Assembly: GCA_951406725.2 (NCBI GenBank)
Contig: OX597816.1
Coordinates: 81,096,001 to 81,160,000 of the forward strand
Direction: 5' to 3'
Length of the DNA stretch: 64,000 nt
From: Octopus vulgaris
Lineage: Eukaryota
This document shows positions 42,365 to 55,100 of the stretch, in pieces (position 1 is the first letter of the stretch; every line of letters begins with the position of its first letter). The notes under the pieces are model-generated. The model searched no databases, was not told the origin of the DNA, and saw only the letters and a program-made list of their open reading frames with translations. The translations under genes were made by a program, and so were the position numbers.

Positions 42365-42670
42365 TTATGAATTCATATTCAGGGGCGGTTTGTGTTTCCC
42401 AATGAATATATTCTCTTTATTTAATTGTTGTTGTATAGAGATTGTTTCCTGACATTGGTAGATGGGGAAAATTGTGAATGTTGATTGAAGATTCTTCATA
42501 CATCTCTCTGTGTTCACTCAAAAGTACCGGCCTATATCTTGGGAAACGAATATGCTCCTTATGCAGTGTAGTTATCTGTCTAAGGGACATACTTGTTTGT
42601 CCTATACAGTTGTGTCCACATCCTGAGCAACTTATCGTATAAACTTTTCAATGCAACAGTGAAATTGGTC
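42365..42670 (-). pseudogene. Penelope-like element GIY-YIG endonuclease remnant (second PLE lineage)
   Basis: VYTISCSGCGHNCIGQTSMSLRQITTLHKEHIRFPRYRPVLLSEH, then after a frameshift FTIFPIYQC......LNKENIFIGKHKPPLNMNS*. Confidence 0.85.
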
Positions 42671-44595
42671 AAGCTTAGATATATGTATAAATATACATAT
42701 GTATGTATGAGTGCATATAAACATATATGTGTGTGTGTATGTATGTATTTATGCACTTACGTATGTATTTATGCATTTGTATATGTATTTATGCATTTAC
42801 GTTTGTAAGTATGTATGAATGTATTATGTATGTATGCATGTGTGTATTCATGCATGTATATATCATGTTTTAAACCAACACTAATTGCTATGAATTATAT
42901 GTTAACACTTTTCATGATCAGAGTAATCGATGAAAAGGGAATCGTCTTTATTCACTTGGATATAGAAAAAATTGCATGATGCTATACACAAACATTCAGA
43001 ACTGGATATAATTTCTTACTATATTCTGCTACTCAAACACACGCGTACACTCTAACACTTACAAGTATGCATGAAAGCATATACGTATCAATATATATGA
43101 AATTATCAACCATCATCATATTAGCATAGGTATAGTAGTCATGAAAATGTGTCACAGTAATTATTGTTGTATACCCTCCGCCCCAAGTAGTACATAATGC
43201 GTGCAATCTGGCTTGAAACCTTCATTATAGGAAGATATTAAACCGTACTAATACCAACTGATAAGAAGACAATCTAGCTCTCTCAACCAATTTAGCAAGA
43301 TAATATCTTCAGTTCTTAGTAAGACGATACCATGTAGTATTCTAATAAAACAGTATTTTAGTTTCTTCTCTCCTTCTTGCCAGAATTGTACCTATTCAAT
43401 TTAAACATCAATCTAGCCTTGACACATCCTGTCGCGTTCACTCGGTCTACGAGCTGCGTTAAGGATACAGGTGTCTATGAAATGTTCAACTGCTTACATA
43501 CTATTCATTTGTTTACTTAAGATCAGAATCAATATTTCTATATTTCTATAACGAAAATTTTACCTCTTTTGCCACCACACAGAATGTGGCGAGGTGAGGA
43601 CCTGATCCAGAAGAATTATAGTCAAGTCATTTATTCTGTTCTGAAATCGTCTTTTTTTAAGCTATACAGGATCGCATTACCTTATGCATGTCTGCTTCCA
43701 TTTTTTCAGATGATAGAGAGTGATTTTATACAAATTTTCTACAAATTAACAGGGAAATGACCGTGGTAAAAAAAAAATACATCTCCTCTAACTCTCTGCC
43801 GTTTCATATGAATGAAGCATTCTCCATATGAACTTTGTCTCATATATGGTTTTTATTTTTTATAATGCCTTTATATATTAAACTTGATATAACTGAACTG
43901 ATCCTGAAAATACTCTTTGATTTTCAAAGATGAAGCAAGAAGGAGTCAAGAAGTGGGCAATTGTTTCCGGACGTAAGTGTGAAGGTGCGCAAAAGTTGTC
44001 GGTCCTATGATACCTATTAATTAAGATGGAGGGAAACGGCAAATGAGTCTCTGATCCCGAGTGGTGAGAATCTTTTCTATGCCACTATGTGTTCAATCGA
44101 CAAAGCGATTATTCCAACTTCCTTCTCTTTCTCTTTCTCTCTCTCTAATTCACACAAACATACACACACTTTCACTCCGTCTCTCATTTTCACTTTCTCT
44201 AATAGTTCTAGCAGCTCGGTCAACTCTCCCTTTTCCTTTCACATGTTGATTTCTCCAAGGGATTGCATTTTACTTTCCTTTTCACTTGACACCAACCTAA
44301 TGTTGATTTTATTCTTTATCATCTAGTTTTTATTCTTTATCATCTGGGTGATTTTGTTCTTTAACATCTAGTCCTTCCTGCAATAACACACACACTTAGA
44401 AACTCTCAAGCACACTTCTCTTTCTCTTCCGCCTCCTTCTTTTCTCTTTCTTTGTCCCCCACTACTTCCCCATCCTCCTCCTTCTCATTTCTCATACTAC
44501 TGCTCCTTATACGTCAAGTCTCATGTCAATCTGTATTGAAGGGATTTTTCTTGAATGAAGATATTTTTCTATAAAGAGAAGACATATTTGTAATA

Positions 44596-44648
<53 letters not shown>

Positions 44649-45840
44649 TTTAAACCGGAACAGTAATAGTATTACAACAGTATTAACTAAAGGAGTTATT
44701 GGAAATAAGACTCCATTCCTCACAGGGAAGAATAATTTCTAATTCATATATTGAGTTTTCTCCTTTCTCATTTTTCTGCTTCCTTTTTATTTTTCTCTTA
44801 TTTTGTGATTTACTTCATTTATATGTTCACATTATCCTATATTATCCTATAAAGCTACGGTGTAAACATTACTTGATAAAGTGCCGTAAATGAATGCTAT
44901 AAAGTGTCGTGAATGAACGCCATAAAACGGCGTAAAGTGCCATAAAATATAGCGGTAATCAATAATTCATGACAACAGTTCGTAAATTAAGTCAACCATT
45001 GCTTATTTAAAGCTGCAATCCCCACTCAACTCTATTTCATTACGGTAAGATTATATTTCAATTCTGTTTCTCGTTTATTTATCATTTGTTTGGATCGTAT
45101 ATGCGTGTTTACTTGTTTCTATAGTTTCCCGATATCCTTTAGTGGCGACTGCCGGAGTATACGTAACAAGCTCCCGATAAACCTAGACTTAGATTCGGGT
45201 TCGATTTCCGGTTGCAGTGATTTCGCTTATTTTATCCGGTGTCCTAATTGCATGAGAAAAGACATAAACATGTCATGACCTCCATACTCTGGATGCTTCC
45301 ATATGTTTTCTCTACTGGTTACTAATCTATATAGTTTCTCTTTAGTGACTATTTGTAAATGGATTATTGTGTAGCAAAAACAGCATAACAAAAAGTAAAC
45401 CCTCGACTAAGATGAGACTGTAATTCGGTTTCAATATTGGCCTAAAGTTATTTCAATGATTTTCACAGTAATAATGTCTCTTGGAATAAAAATGAACGTC
45501 AAAACCTTCCCTTTTCTCTTCAGTTTAAACGCAGAATATTTGAGATTGTCAAAAATGAAAACAGCAGGTGTTGAGGGAAAGGACTAAAGCTGTAGGCGAC
45601 ATGGTTTCAATCCTTAGCCCTAGCAGCTGAAACATTTCCTTCTACATAACGCTAGAAAGGGTATTCTCGCGACAACATCTCATTTAATTACCTTATCTAT
45701 TTAAGGTACTTTTATATCTTGACTTTTTAGTGTAATTCGTAGAAATGAAATGTTCAAACAAGCTTAGGTGTAAGGTACTAGAATGGCTTTGTGCTATGAT
45801 ACTACGCAATTAACATATTCCATCGTCAGCTTCTAATGAT

Positions 45841-45881
<41 letters not shown>

Positions 45882-45949
45882 ACGCGCCTGTATGCTTGTG
45901 CATGCGTGCCTGTATGTGTGCGCGAGTGTGTGAGTGTGTGTGAGAGAGT

Positions 45950-46003
<54 letters not shown>

Positions 46004-46702
46004 AAGAGAGCGAAATGTATCTGTTTTATAGATTCCGGATAAATTAACCAATACGGAATTTGAGCATGAAATTTGGAAATTTAAACTAAATAACTATGTT
46101 TTACTTTGATACGAAACTTCTTTCCTAGCCATGTTTTGTCCGCTCAGTCATTTCGCTAGTATCAACTTCACATCAATATTGATGTAGATTGAAACTTATC
46201 AGAGATGCAACTACCGTATAGTAGTTTTCTATTCCATCTGACATTGTCTGGTTTACTGAAAAATATGTTTTTATAAGCTGAAATTTGAACAAAAGAAAAA
46301 AAAAATTAAAAGCATCATACAGAGTTGTAAGATTCTAAAAAATAGTGCCTGTAAGGTAATTTATCACAGCCATGTTGCAGATAATTAATAGAAGAAATGA
46401 ACAGAGAAATAAGACGAAGACATCAGTTCAAAAGAAGAAGCGATGAACTATGTAATGTCTAAGTGGTTAGATGTAAAGCTTGTTTACTTCTACCATTTTA
46501 CCAAAATGTACTTATGCAAACGCAACTATATATATTATTATTATTATTATTATCATTATTATTATTATTATTATTGTTGTTGTTGTTGTTGTTGTTGTGG
46601 TCGTTGTCGTTGTTATATATAGATATGTATGCATATGCTCAAACATGTATGTAATATGTTTGCACGCCTGCTCTCTCCCTCCCTCCCCCTCTCTCTCTCT
46701 CA

Positions 46703-46734
<32 letters not shown>

Positions 46735-47149
46735 GTATATATAGAGAGAGAGACAGAGAGTGTGTGTGTAAGTGAGAGAGCGAGAGGGAGGAGAGATAAG
46801 ATTATATATAGTATTTGAAAACCAATCTACGTTTGACACGTGGCACCCCGGGCTCCTTCTGTGAAGATCACGAAATATAATGAAATAGTAAATGGGTTAT
46901 ATGCATTCAAATTTAACTCCTCCACCTTGTTCAATTGTGCTCTGGTTCGACTATTATATTTTATAATAAATGATGCCAGATTGAAATGTAGTTACACGTC
47001 GAGAATATTTTCATTGCAGCTTTTTACGCATGGAAGTTTTCCCAATACTGTATAGTATCGTTCAGTTGTTACTTGTAGCGGTTTCGTGCTGTAGTACAAG
47101 TAGACTTAAAAACTCGAGTTATTCTGCAACCACCGACACACGAGGGGAC

Positions 47150-47580
47150 TTCTATGTGCTTGCTTTGCCTGGTAAGAATAGCAACCAAATTTCAATTAGA
47201 TCACACTTCTACAGCCTTAAAAAGAAAGAACTGGTTCGTTGGATAACGAAGTTGTAATTACATTATGTCAGAAAAAATGGACGAGATACGCACGGTTGAA
47301 ATAGCTTTCATTATAGATCTGATCGATTAGGGTTGATCAGAGACTAAACGATAATAACAACAAGCTAACGTGAGAGCCTATAAGTATTCGCTCGACCTGG
47401 TAGGAATAGTAGAGAAGTAGCCCTCAAATTACACTCTATCGCCTTAAAAAGGGAAAGATGCAGTGAAGAATGCTATCCCAAATATACTATGCCTAAAATC
47501 AATGCAGGGTGACTATGACTGGAAAAACCCTGGTTATAAATCTATTCAAGCAGGCCTAAGCCCAAGCTAAATAGCATCAA
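47150..47580 (-). repeat. Two tandem, diverged copies of repeat family C
   Basis: CCTGGTA.GAATAG...AATT/ATCACAC.CTA..GCCTTAAAAAG occurs at ~47168 and ~47396. Confidence 0.65.
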
Positions 47581-48247
47581 CCCAACTGCTTCGAAACAAT
47601 GGGTTAGTTTCCATGAACTCAACTCAATTTGTCAATGTTTTCTGCAAAAGAATCTTTCAGTCTTTAAAACTGGCACCAACCGAGCCAACGAGAATAATTC
47701 TAAATAGCGCCTCATTATGCGCAATATATAAAATGAATTCCTTATAATTTCCCACCGGTTTAAAAAGTTTAACAACTGAGCAAATGACAGGTTTTCAATA
47801 TAGTCGCTCTTCTTTGAAATAGAGACGATATGTGTTAAAGTCTTTAAATCAGAAGACAGTATCTGCCACAATAAATGCGCTTTCGTGCAGATTAGAAATG
47901 CTAATCTACTGTTGTGTTAAGCAACTGTCTCTGTGTCAAAGATATGCTCAATAATAATAAGTCAGCAGTTGAGAAAAATATAAGTTGTTGCTGTTGTTGT
48001 TTTGACGTGTCTATTAAATATTGTTTGCAAATCAGATTTGAGCTCACTCTAAGAAAATAACTTGGATAAATAAATATATAAATAAACAAACGAATATAAA
48101 TAAATAAACCGATCGATACGGACGCAATAATCAGGAATTTGTTAAAAGCTTCATAACATGATGAAATGCCAAACAAACAGACAAATACATCTTTTTGTTC
48201 ATTTGCTGGTATTATTATTTTGTTGTTGTTGTTGGAATTATTTTGTT

Positions 48248-48297
<50 letters not shown>

Positions 48298-49044
48298 CAT
48301 CATGGTCTGCTTAACAGACTTGGTAATTTTTCCGCGTTGCAGACAATCTTCATTTCAATTGCAAGAGTTTTTATTTCTTTTTTTTCTTAAATTTATTAAA
48401 TAATCAGGTGTTAGTTTATTGTGTAAAAGTGAAAGACTAGAAAATTAAGTGTCAATTTTTTGTATCAACAACTTAATCCTATGTAATAATGTTTTATCGA
48501 CAAAATTGCGACCGACTGATTGTAAATTGTTTAAAAATTTAGAAGACATTCATTGAATGTCTTCTAAATTCTAAACAGTTTAGAGTTTGCTACGGATTTT
48601 AAATTGATAAATATTTATTTGCCATGATAACAGACGTTTCTTAGTTTGAGTTGTGAAGGATTTCAAAGAATTGTTTATTAGCAGGCTCCAAAAATAGTAG
48701 CCAAATCTTCCTCGTTTCACATTACCATTTTCAAGCAGAAAGGATGTATCGTATAATGTTTATGAAAGAATGGCTGAAAGGTCATAGCTGGGACGTTTTG
48801 GGCCATAAATTTGCTCAGTCGCAGCTGAACAACAAGAATAATTCCTACCAGCGAGAATAACTACTACCAGTAAATATAACAACTACTACTGCTGCTACTG
48901 CTGCTGCTACTGCTGCTGCTACTGCTGCTGCTGCTGCTGCCACAACTGTTTTTACTACTTCGGTTTGTGCTCGACTGGGAACTGAAATCTAAACCCATTG
49001 CCCACAATCCCCAATCATTAAAAAAAGAAAAACAGTTTAAAACA

Positions 49045-49151
49045 TTGTAAGGTATATTTGCCATCTCAATATGGCTAACCACTAAAGGTGGGTGTTACTG
49101 TAGCTTGTAGCCCCAGGAGAACATCTCCTCCAGCTGGCTTTAGGCACACTT
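49045..49151 (-). mobile_element. 107-bp truncated retro-insertion with a perfect 16-bp target-site duplication
   Basis: AAAACAGTTTAAAACA at 49029-49044 and 49152-49167. The strand is inferred. Confidence 0.7.
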
Positions 49152-50164
49152 AAAACAGTTTAAAACAGTAATTAAGAAATCAGTAGACATGAGTATAGAA
49201 AAGGGGTGGTGTACTGAATGACACAGGCAAAACATTCTTTATTCAGTGAAATTTGCGCTTAAGTTGAGGAAGAAAAGGAAAACCTAGCAGCAATTGTTAG
49301 GCAACCCCAAATTAAGAGGGGGATGATTTGAAGAAATTAATTCTTATAAATTATAATATTCATATTTAGGTGAAAATCTGAGATAATTGGGAACTAAATT
49401 ATACATGTTAATTTATATTATTAGGAAGAAATTTATTTTGCTAAGTAAAGTGACAGCTCGGATATTCAATCTTATCGAATTTTGACAGCGAAGCATAGCC
49501 AAACGCGAACCTGTTTGATCAGCCAAGAAAAATACTTACATTCAGAAAAGTATAAAAAAAAACAAAAAAAAATTGGCATTGTTAGATCTGTATAATGAGC
49601 TAAGGAAAATAATTCAAGTGAACTAACGCCATGAATTTAGATAAGTAAGGTAAAAATGGTGATGTATTAAATCATAACACTAAAAGTCTCATTCCCGACG
49701 ATAAACCCCAGCGATGCTTTCTCTACTATTTCTATAAACTGACGGGCGTTCTATGCATGATGGGAATAACTTGGGATATTAAACAAATGCTGTGCACAAA
49801 GGCTAGTGCTCCTAACATTTACTCTCATAGCCTACGTTTACTACACGCTTGCTTTATCGGCCTACAATAATAGGGTGTATCAATCAGTCGGCCACTTTTA
49901 AGAACATCGGTGATAATAGACATTCCTGCTTCGCTCCACAGCTTTCCTTTCATTTCTAGAAAGACTGTCTTTTCCTAAATAATATATCAATTTTGGTGAC
50001 ATCTTAGTTATTGAGATTATCTCCCCTTCTCATTCAAAGGTGTTCCCAATTGCCACCAAAAGACTGTTCAATCCTCTCTTGAAGCGAAGATGATTTCAAT
50101 ATATCAAGAATTTGTCTTGATTGGTGTTTAATATACCCGCCTGTTTATTGTTCTGATAGTCAGC

Positions 50165-50220
50165 TAGGGGACACATGAGGTTGGGAAGCAAGCTCCTTAC
50201 CACGCACCCACTCCTGCGCC
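50165..50220 (-). mobile_element. SINE family A head fragment
   Basis: Reverse complement of GGCGCAGGAGTGG.TG.GTGGTAAG.AGCTTGCTTCCCAACC.CATG. Confidence 0.75.
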
Positions 50221-50229
50221 TCCACAGGG

Positions 50230-50276
<47 letters not shown>

Positions 50277-50279
<3 letters not shown>

Positions 50280-50484
50280 GCAGGAGTGGCTGTGTGGTAA
50301 GTAGCTAGCATACCAACCACATGGTTCCGGGTTCAGTCCCATTGCGTGGCACCATGGGTACAGGACGTCACCAACTGACCGACTGAATAAATACTAGGCT
50401 TAAAAAGAAGAAGTCCTGGGGTCGATTTGTTCGACTAAAGGTGGTGCTCCAGTATGGCCGCAGTCAAATGACTGAAACAAGTAA
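50277..50484 (+). mobile_element. SINE family A, internally deleted/chimeric
   Basis: The head runs to GTGGCACC and joins the 3' tail through a foreign ~20-nt piece. Confidence 0.85.
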
Positions 50485-50687
50485 TGTGACCGCGTGTGTA
50501 CCGTAGGCGGTTTTTTTCCTCCGTCTTCCCTTCTCTGGATCTTTCCTTTTCCTATGTTTCTGACGAAGAGGTCCGCTCGAAACGTTAAACCCTCCTTCTT
50601 GCCTTCCTTCCTGAGCGTCCAATAATACTATATTTGTTCCACGTTCTCGCGTTGTTGTGTTTTCTCTTTGTGTTTTCATGTTTGGAT

Positions 50688-50691
<4 letters not shown>
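50485..50691 (+). mobile_element. ~205-bp hammerhead-carrying element (PLE pseudo-LTR or retrozyme-like)
   Basis: Contains an intact hammerhead core, ends at (TA)n, and has a second copy at 2390-2530. Confidence 0.75.
50556..50590 (+). ncRNA. Minimal type I hammerhead ribozyme with palindromic stem III
   Basis: GTTT-CTGACGA(50560-66)-A-GAGgtccgCTC-GAAA(50579-82)-CGTT^AAAC. Stem I is GTTT/AAAC, stem III is the ACGT palindrome, and the triplet is GUU. Confidence 0.75.
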
Positions 50692-50755
<64 letters not shown>

Positions 50756-50757
<2 letters not shown>

Positions 50758-50871
50758 CGTAGGAGTGGCTGTGTGGTAAGTAGCTTGCTTACCAACCACA
50801 TGGTTCTGGGTTCAGTCCCACTGCGTGGCACTTGGACAAGTGTCTTCTACTATGGCCTCGGGCAGACCAAA

Positions 50872-50872
<1 letters not shown>
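50756..50872 (+). mobile_element. SINE family A 5' half between (TA)n tracts
   Basis: GGCGTAGGAGTGGCTGTGTGGTAAG...GGGTTCAGTCCC. Confidence 0.85.
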
Positions 50873-50906
<34 letters not shown>

Positions 50907-50986
50907 TTTATTTAAAGCATATTACTCTACCACTGGTATTTGAGTACTCTTTTTTCCACCTTGTTTCACATTTATGTGTTTACTCC

Positions 50987-51047
<61 letters not shown>

Positions 51048-52059
51048 GTATGTATGCATGTATGTATGTATGTATGTATGTATGTATGTATGTTTGTATG
51101 TATATACATGTAAGATGAGTTAAGTCAACGACTTTGATGCACATATCAGGAGGACAAGATGGAAACTCACTGCCAATTATATTACTATAGTGTAATGTAA
51201 TTTTATAAATTAGAACATCGAGACTGTAAGTAGTGCGGTAGCGAAGATCTCGTCTCAAAGTTAAGATTTGTGAAAAAAATTTGCTTTTTAAATTTCAATA
51301 AAAACTGATGTATTATATTCCCATAATAACTGGATTTTATCGTTTGAAAACACTGAAAGTTCATTTCAGATAAGTAAGATATAGCGTTCACATTTCCGAC
51401 AATGAATATTAATGTAATATTTGAATTATTCAAATTATAATGCATAAACTCTTAGCTCCAGAATGCAAATATCTATTTTAATAATTCAGTAACTATATGT
51501 ACATAATGAGAAATCAGACTAAGCTATATTTGAAGTGATGAGGAATCGTATAACTAGAAGTACAAAATGGAAACAGATACAAGCAGATGGGCTCGAAACT
51601 ATGTGATTTCAATTTCAATCTTAATGTGCGACATCCTGGGAAAGTATCTTGTAGCAGAGCCTTGGACTGACCAAAGCTTTGTGAAATTTAGTAGAGGGAA
51701 ATTATGTGAAAGCCCATAGAGGACACAGTGCATATTGCGTGGCGGTAACCTTAATCGCCCAAAACAATACCACCAACTTCAGCTTGGGAACGTCTACCGA
51801 AGTGCAATCTTTTTCACATATTCGAACTCGGACTACAATCTAAAGATAACCTCTTTTCTGTCCCACCAATTTCAGAGGCGTTGGAATCGTTCATGGACAA
51901 CGGCCAAGCTATACGAGTTATTTAAAAATAAAAAGATAAAGGGTACTTGTGGTGGTATATATGTGATAGGGTGGTTCTAATAATGCGGTATTGATCCTAT
52001 AGTTCATGTGTTATATTTAACTTATGGTTAATAGTGAGCTTTATTGATAACAGGATTTG

Positions 52060-52220
52060 GATAAAAGAAAATACAGGAGAATCAGTTAATTATGATTTTA
52101 TTCAACATATTCCCGTCTCAGATTCATACACTTATTGCAGAGGTCTTTCAGTTTTTCTAAGCTCTGTAAAAGAATTCGGATAGCCTTTCTCGATACCCTT
52201 TTCAGCACACCTTCATATGT
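52060..52220 (-). mobile_element. mariner-derived MITE, degenerate
   Basis: The - strand encodes LEKLKDLCNKCMNLRREYVE* (mariner C-terminus) and matches 63745-63960. Confidence 0.75.
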
Positions 52221-52662
52221 ACAAAGAGACAAAGATGGTAGACAAAGATGCTAGGGACGAATTAGGAGAAGTCTTAAACTTTGATGTTCTTTTCTTTAAT
52301 ATAGGCACAGGGTCACAGAGTTGAGTATGTGTCCTGTTGAGGGAGAATAGTCAATTATATAGAATCAAGCACTTATATATATTTTAGCGACTAAGGAATG
52401 AGGAAACAACGACCTCTATGGACTCGGAAATCGTACAGACGGCATTTAATCCAGTTCTTTAGTGATCCTGCCTTTAATCAACTTGAGAAATGATAATATT
52501 GAAATTGTCTGTCTGGAGAAATATATTTATGGCGCAAACAACATATCTCATACACACACAGACACACACGTGTGTGAATGTGCATATTATGTTTTTGGCA
52601 TCCGTATAATTTGTGCATACATATAATTTATTTCCGTTTTCTCCTCATCTATCTTTCTCTCT

Positions 52663-52704
<42 letters not shown>

Positions 52705-53519
52705 CTCGATCTTTCTCGATCTCTTTTCGCCACTCCCTCTCTTTCTATGCTCATACATATATACATGTATAATGATTGATATATGATATAATTTTTCATA
52801 TATATATAGATACACGTATATATATACATCTATGTATGTGCATGCGCGGGTATTTATATGTTTGTGTATTATTCAGGCTGTGTCATCTTTAAATATGTGA
52901 TTGATATCATGATAAAGAATCCTCTGGCGCTGCAATGTGACGAAGGTCGAAGTTCAGTTATAGAAAATTAGATAAATATGAATTTTATTCGTAGCGCCAA
53001 ATATCTCTATTAATACGAATTAGTTTCTCGAATATGTATAATGAATCTAAAATTAACCAGACAATATAGCATATATACATTGTTTTTCTTTTTAAATTGA
53101 AGATAATGCTTCATTTTCATTGGAAAATTTATTTTGAACTTTCACATGAAAATCTATCATTTAATTTGCAAATAGCGTGATACATACAGGCGCATAAAGA
53201 TGAATTCTAAATAAAGGAAACCGTTTTGAAAATATGTTACTGTTATACATTATGTTCACTGGTAAAGTGCTGGAGGGGGTAAAGGCGAGAGAAAAGTGCA
53301 TTTAAACATTTTACATATTTATATTCTTCATCTTTTCTCTGGATTCAGAAAATACTCTTCAATGATTACTAGCTGACCCTCTAAAGAGTCCTGTTACTAC
53401 TGCTGTTGCTGCACAGATATTTCAAACGGCATCTAAATCAAAACCATCGACTTGATTAATGGGCAAAAACTCACCAACACGCTACAGCCACAGACGTGTT
53501 GGTTATGCTCTTTGCTACT

Positions 53520-53538
53520 GCTGCTGCTACCACTACTA

Positions 53539-53587
<49 letters not shown>

Positions 53588-53607
53588 GCCACAACTATCA
53601 CAACACC

Positions 53608-53652
<45 letters not shown>

Positions 53653-53662
53653 TAATAATAAC

Positions 53663-53703
<41 letters not shown>
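53520..53703. repeat. (CTA)n and (AAT)n trinucleotide arrays
   Basis: Directly visible. Confidence 0.95.
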
Positions 53704-53704
<1 letters not shown>

Positions 53705-53910
53705 CCTTTCTACTGGAGGCACAAGGCCTCAAATTTGGGGGAGGGGACTAGTCGATTACATAGACTCCAGTGTTTTGCTGGTACTTAATTTATGAACTCC
53801 GAAAGGATGAAAGGCAACGTCGACCTCGGCGGAATTTGAAGTCCGAGCGTAAAGACGGACGAAATGCCGCTAAGCCCGATATGATAACGGTTCTGCCAAC
53901 TTGCCGTCTT
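53705..53910 (-). mobile_element. SINE family B, full length, within (AAT)n
   Basis: Reverse complement of the 32747 element, with (AAT)n on both sides. Confidence 0.85.
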
Positions 53911-53924
53911 AATAATAATAATAA

Positions 53925-54027
53925 AGAAGAAGAAGAAGAAGAAGAAGAAGAAGAAGAAGAAGAAGAAGAAGAAGAAGAAGAAGAAGAAGAAGAAGAAGAA
54001 GAAGAAGAAGAAGAAGAAGAAGAAGAA
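53925..54027. repeat. Pure (GAA)n tract of ~100 bp
   Basis: Directly visible. Confidence 0.95.
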
Positions 54028-54503
54028 GCCCTGATGCAGTACCAAGCAGTGACTCCCATGGTTCTTGATCTTAACTGATTGGAAGTGTTATCATGTACAT
54101 TGTTTTGTCTTGGCATAAAAGATGGTCTACAGCAAATATTCTGCTCAATACCACAGATTTGCTTGTCAGTTGTTTGACCTGAACCAGTTGACCATGTCCA
54201 TTAGTGACTGACGATATATGCATATCTGATCTCGAGCAGAAGTGCTGGGGGAGCATCAAGCCATGTGTTGAGAAGAATTCTTTGGGTTTTGGATAATTCA
54301 CCTTTGGAAACATGGGTGTTTTGTTCAACATCCTTAAACAAACCTTATTCAGGGACCTTATGATGCGCACATATGATTGTGATGCATGTGCCTGGTGTAC
54401 CCTTATCAGATGGGCAGTCATGATGGGTATACTGGGCGTCGTATATTTTACCCCAGTGTCACTTTGATGGCATGCACTGCTCTCTCACTCAATAATAATA
54501 ATA
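54028..54503 (+). mobile_element. Probable non-LTR retroelement 3' fragment ending in (AAT)n
   Basis: Higher-GC non-coding block with sharp boundaries against (GAA)n and an (AAT)n tail. The classification is inferred. Confidence 0.45.
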
Positions 54504-54814
54504 ACGGTTTCTAATTTAGGCACAAGAGCAAAAATTTGCAGTTTAGGGGTTACTCCAGAAGATCAACCCCATATATACCTGTGTATGTGTGCGCGCGCGT
54601 GTACGGATGTATGTAAGTATATACATATTCATATGTAAACATACACACACATAAATATGTATGTATACACACACACAAACATATGTATGTAACTTTAAGG
54701 ATGTATGAGTATATATGTATGCGTTGAGTGTGTGTAAGAGTGAAAGAGAGCAATGAAGAAAGGAAAGAAAGATGCGTTCACATAAATGGGAACCCTATTT
54801 CCAATTTTTGATCT

Positions 54815-55100
54815 CAAATTAATTACATACTCCAAAATATAAGCAAGTTCTTTTGATTAAATGGATTTTGTAGACCTTGATATTTGGCGGTTATTACGAG
54901 ATGTTAATAGAATTCATTATTTTCTTTGGTTTTGCTTTTTGAGAAATTTTCGGTTTTTCTCTTTTCCATTTTGGTTTTTCTCACATAGTAATTTTCAACA
55001 TGTGGCAGAGGAAATTATTCATTTAGTGAATCACGTAAGGTTTGAATATCAGCATTTTCAAGTCAACCATTATACGAAGATGAAGATGATTGCTAGTGAT
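54815..55100 (+). repeat. Old local duplication, copy 1 (copy 2 at 57112-57400)
   Basis: Shared blocks AAGCAAGT.CTTT.GATTAAATGGATT, GGCAGAGGAAATTATT, GTAAGGTTTGAATATCAG. Confidence 0.85.

Noticed and set aside
49700-50140. Possible RT remnant (GAKQECLLSPMF, - strand), with similarly weak hints at 20.0-20.25, 27.7 and 31.9-32.2 kb
   Set aside because: Single weak motifs only; a frameshift-aware search is needed.
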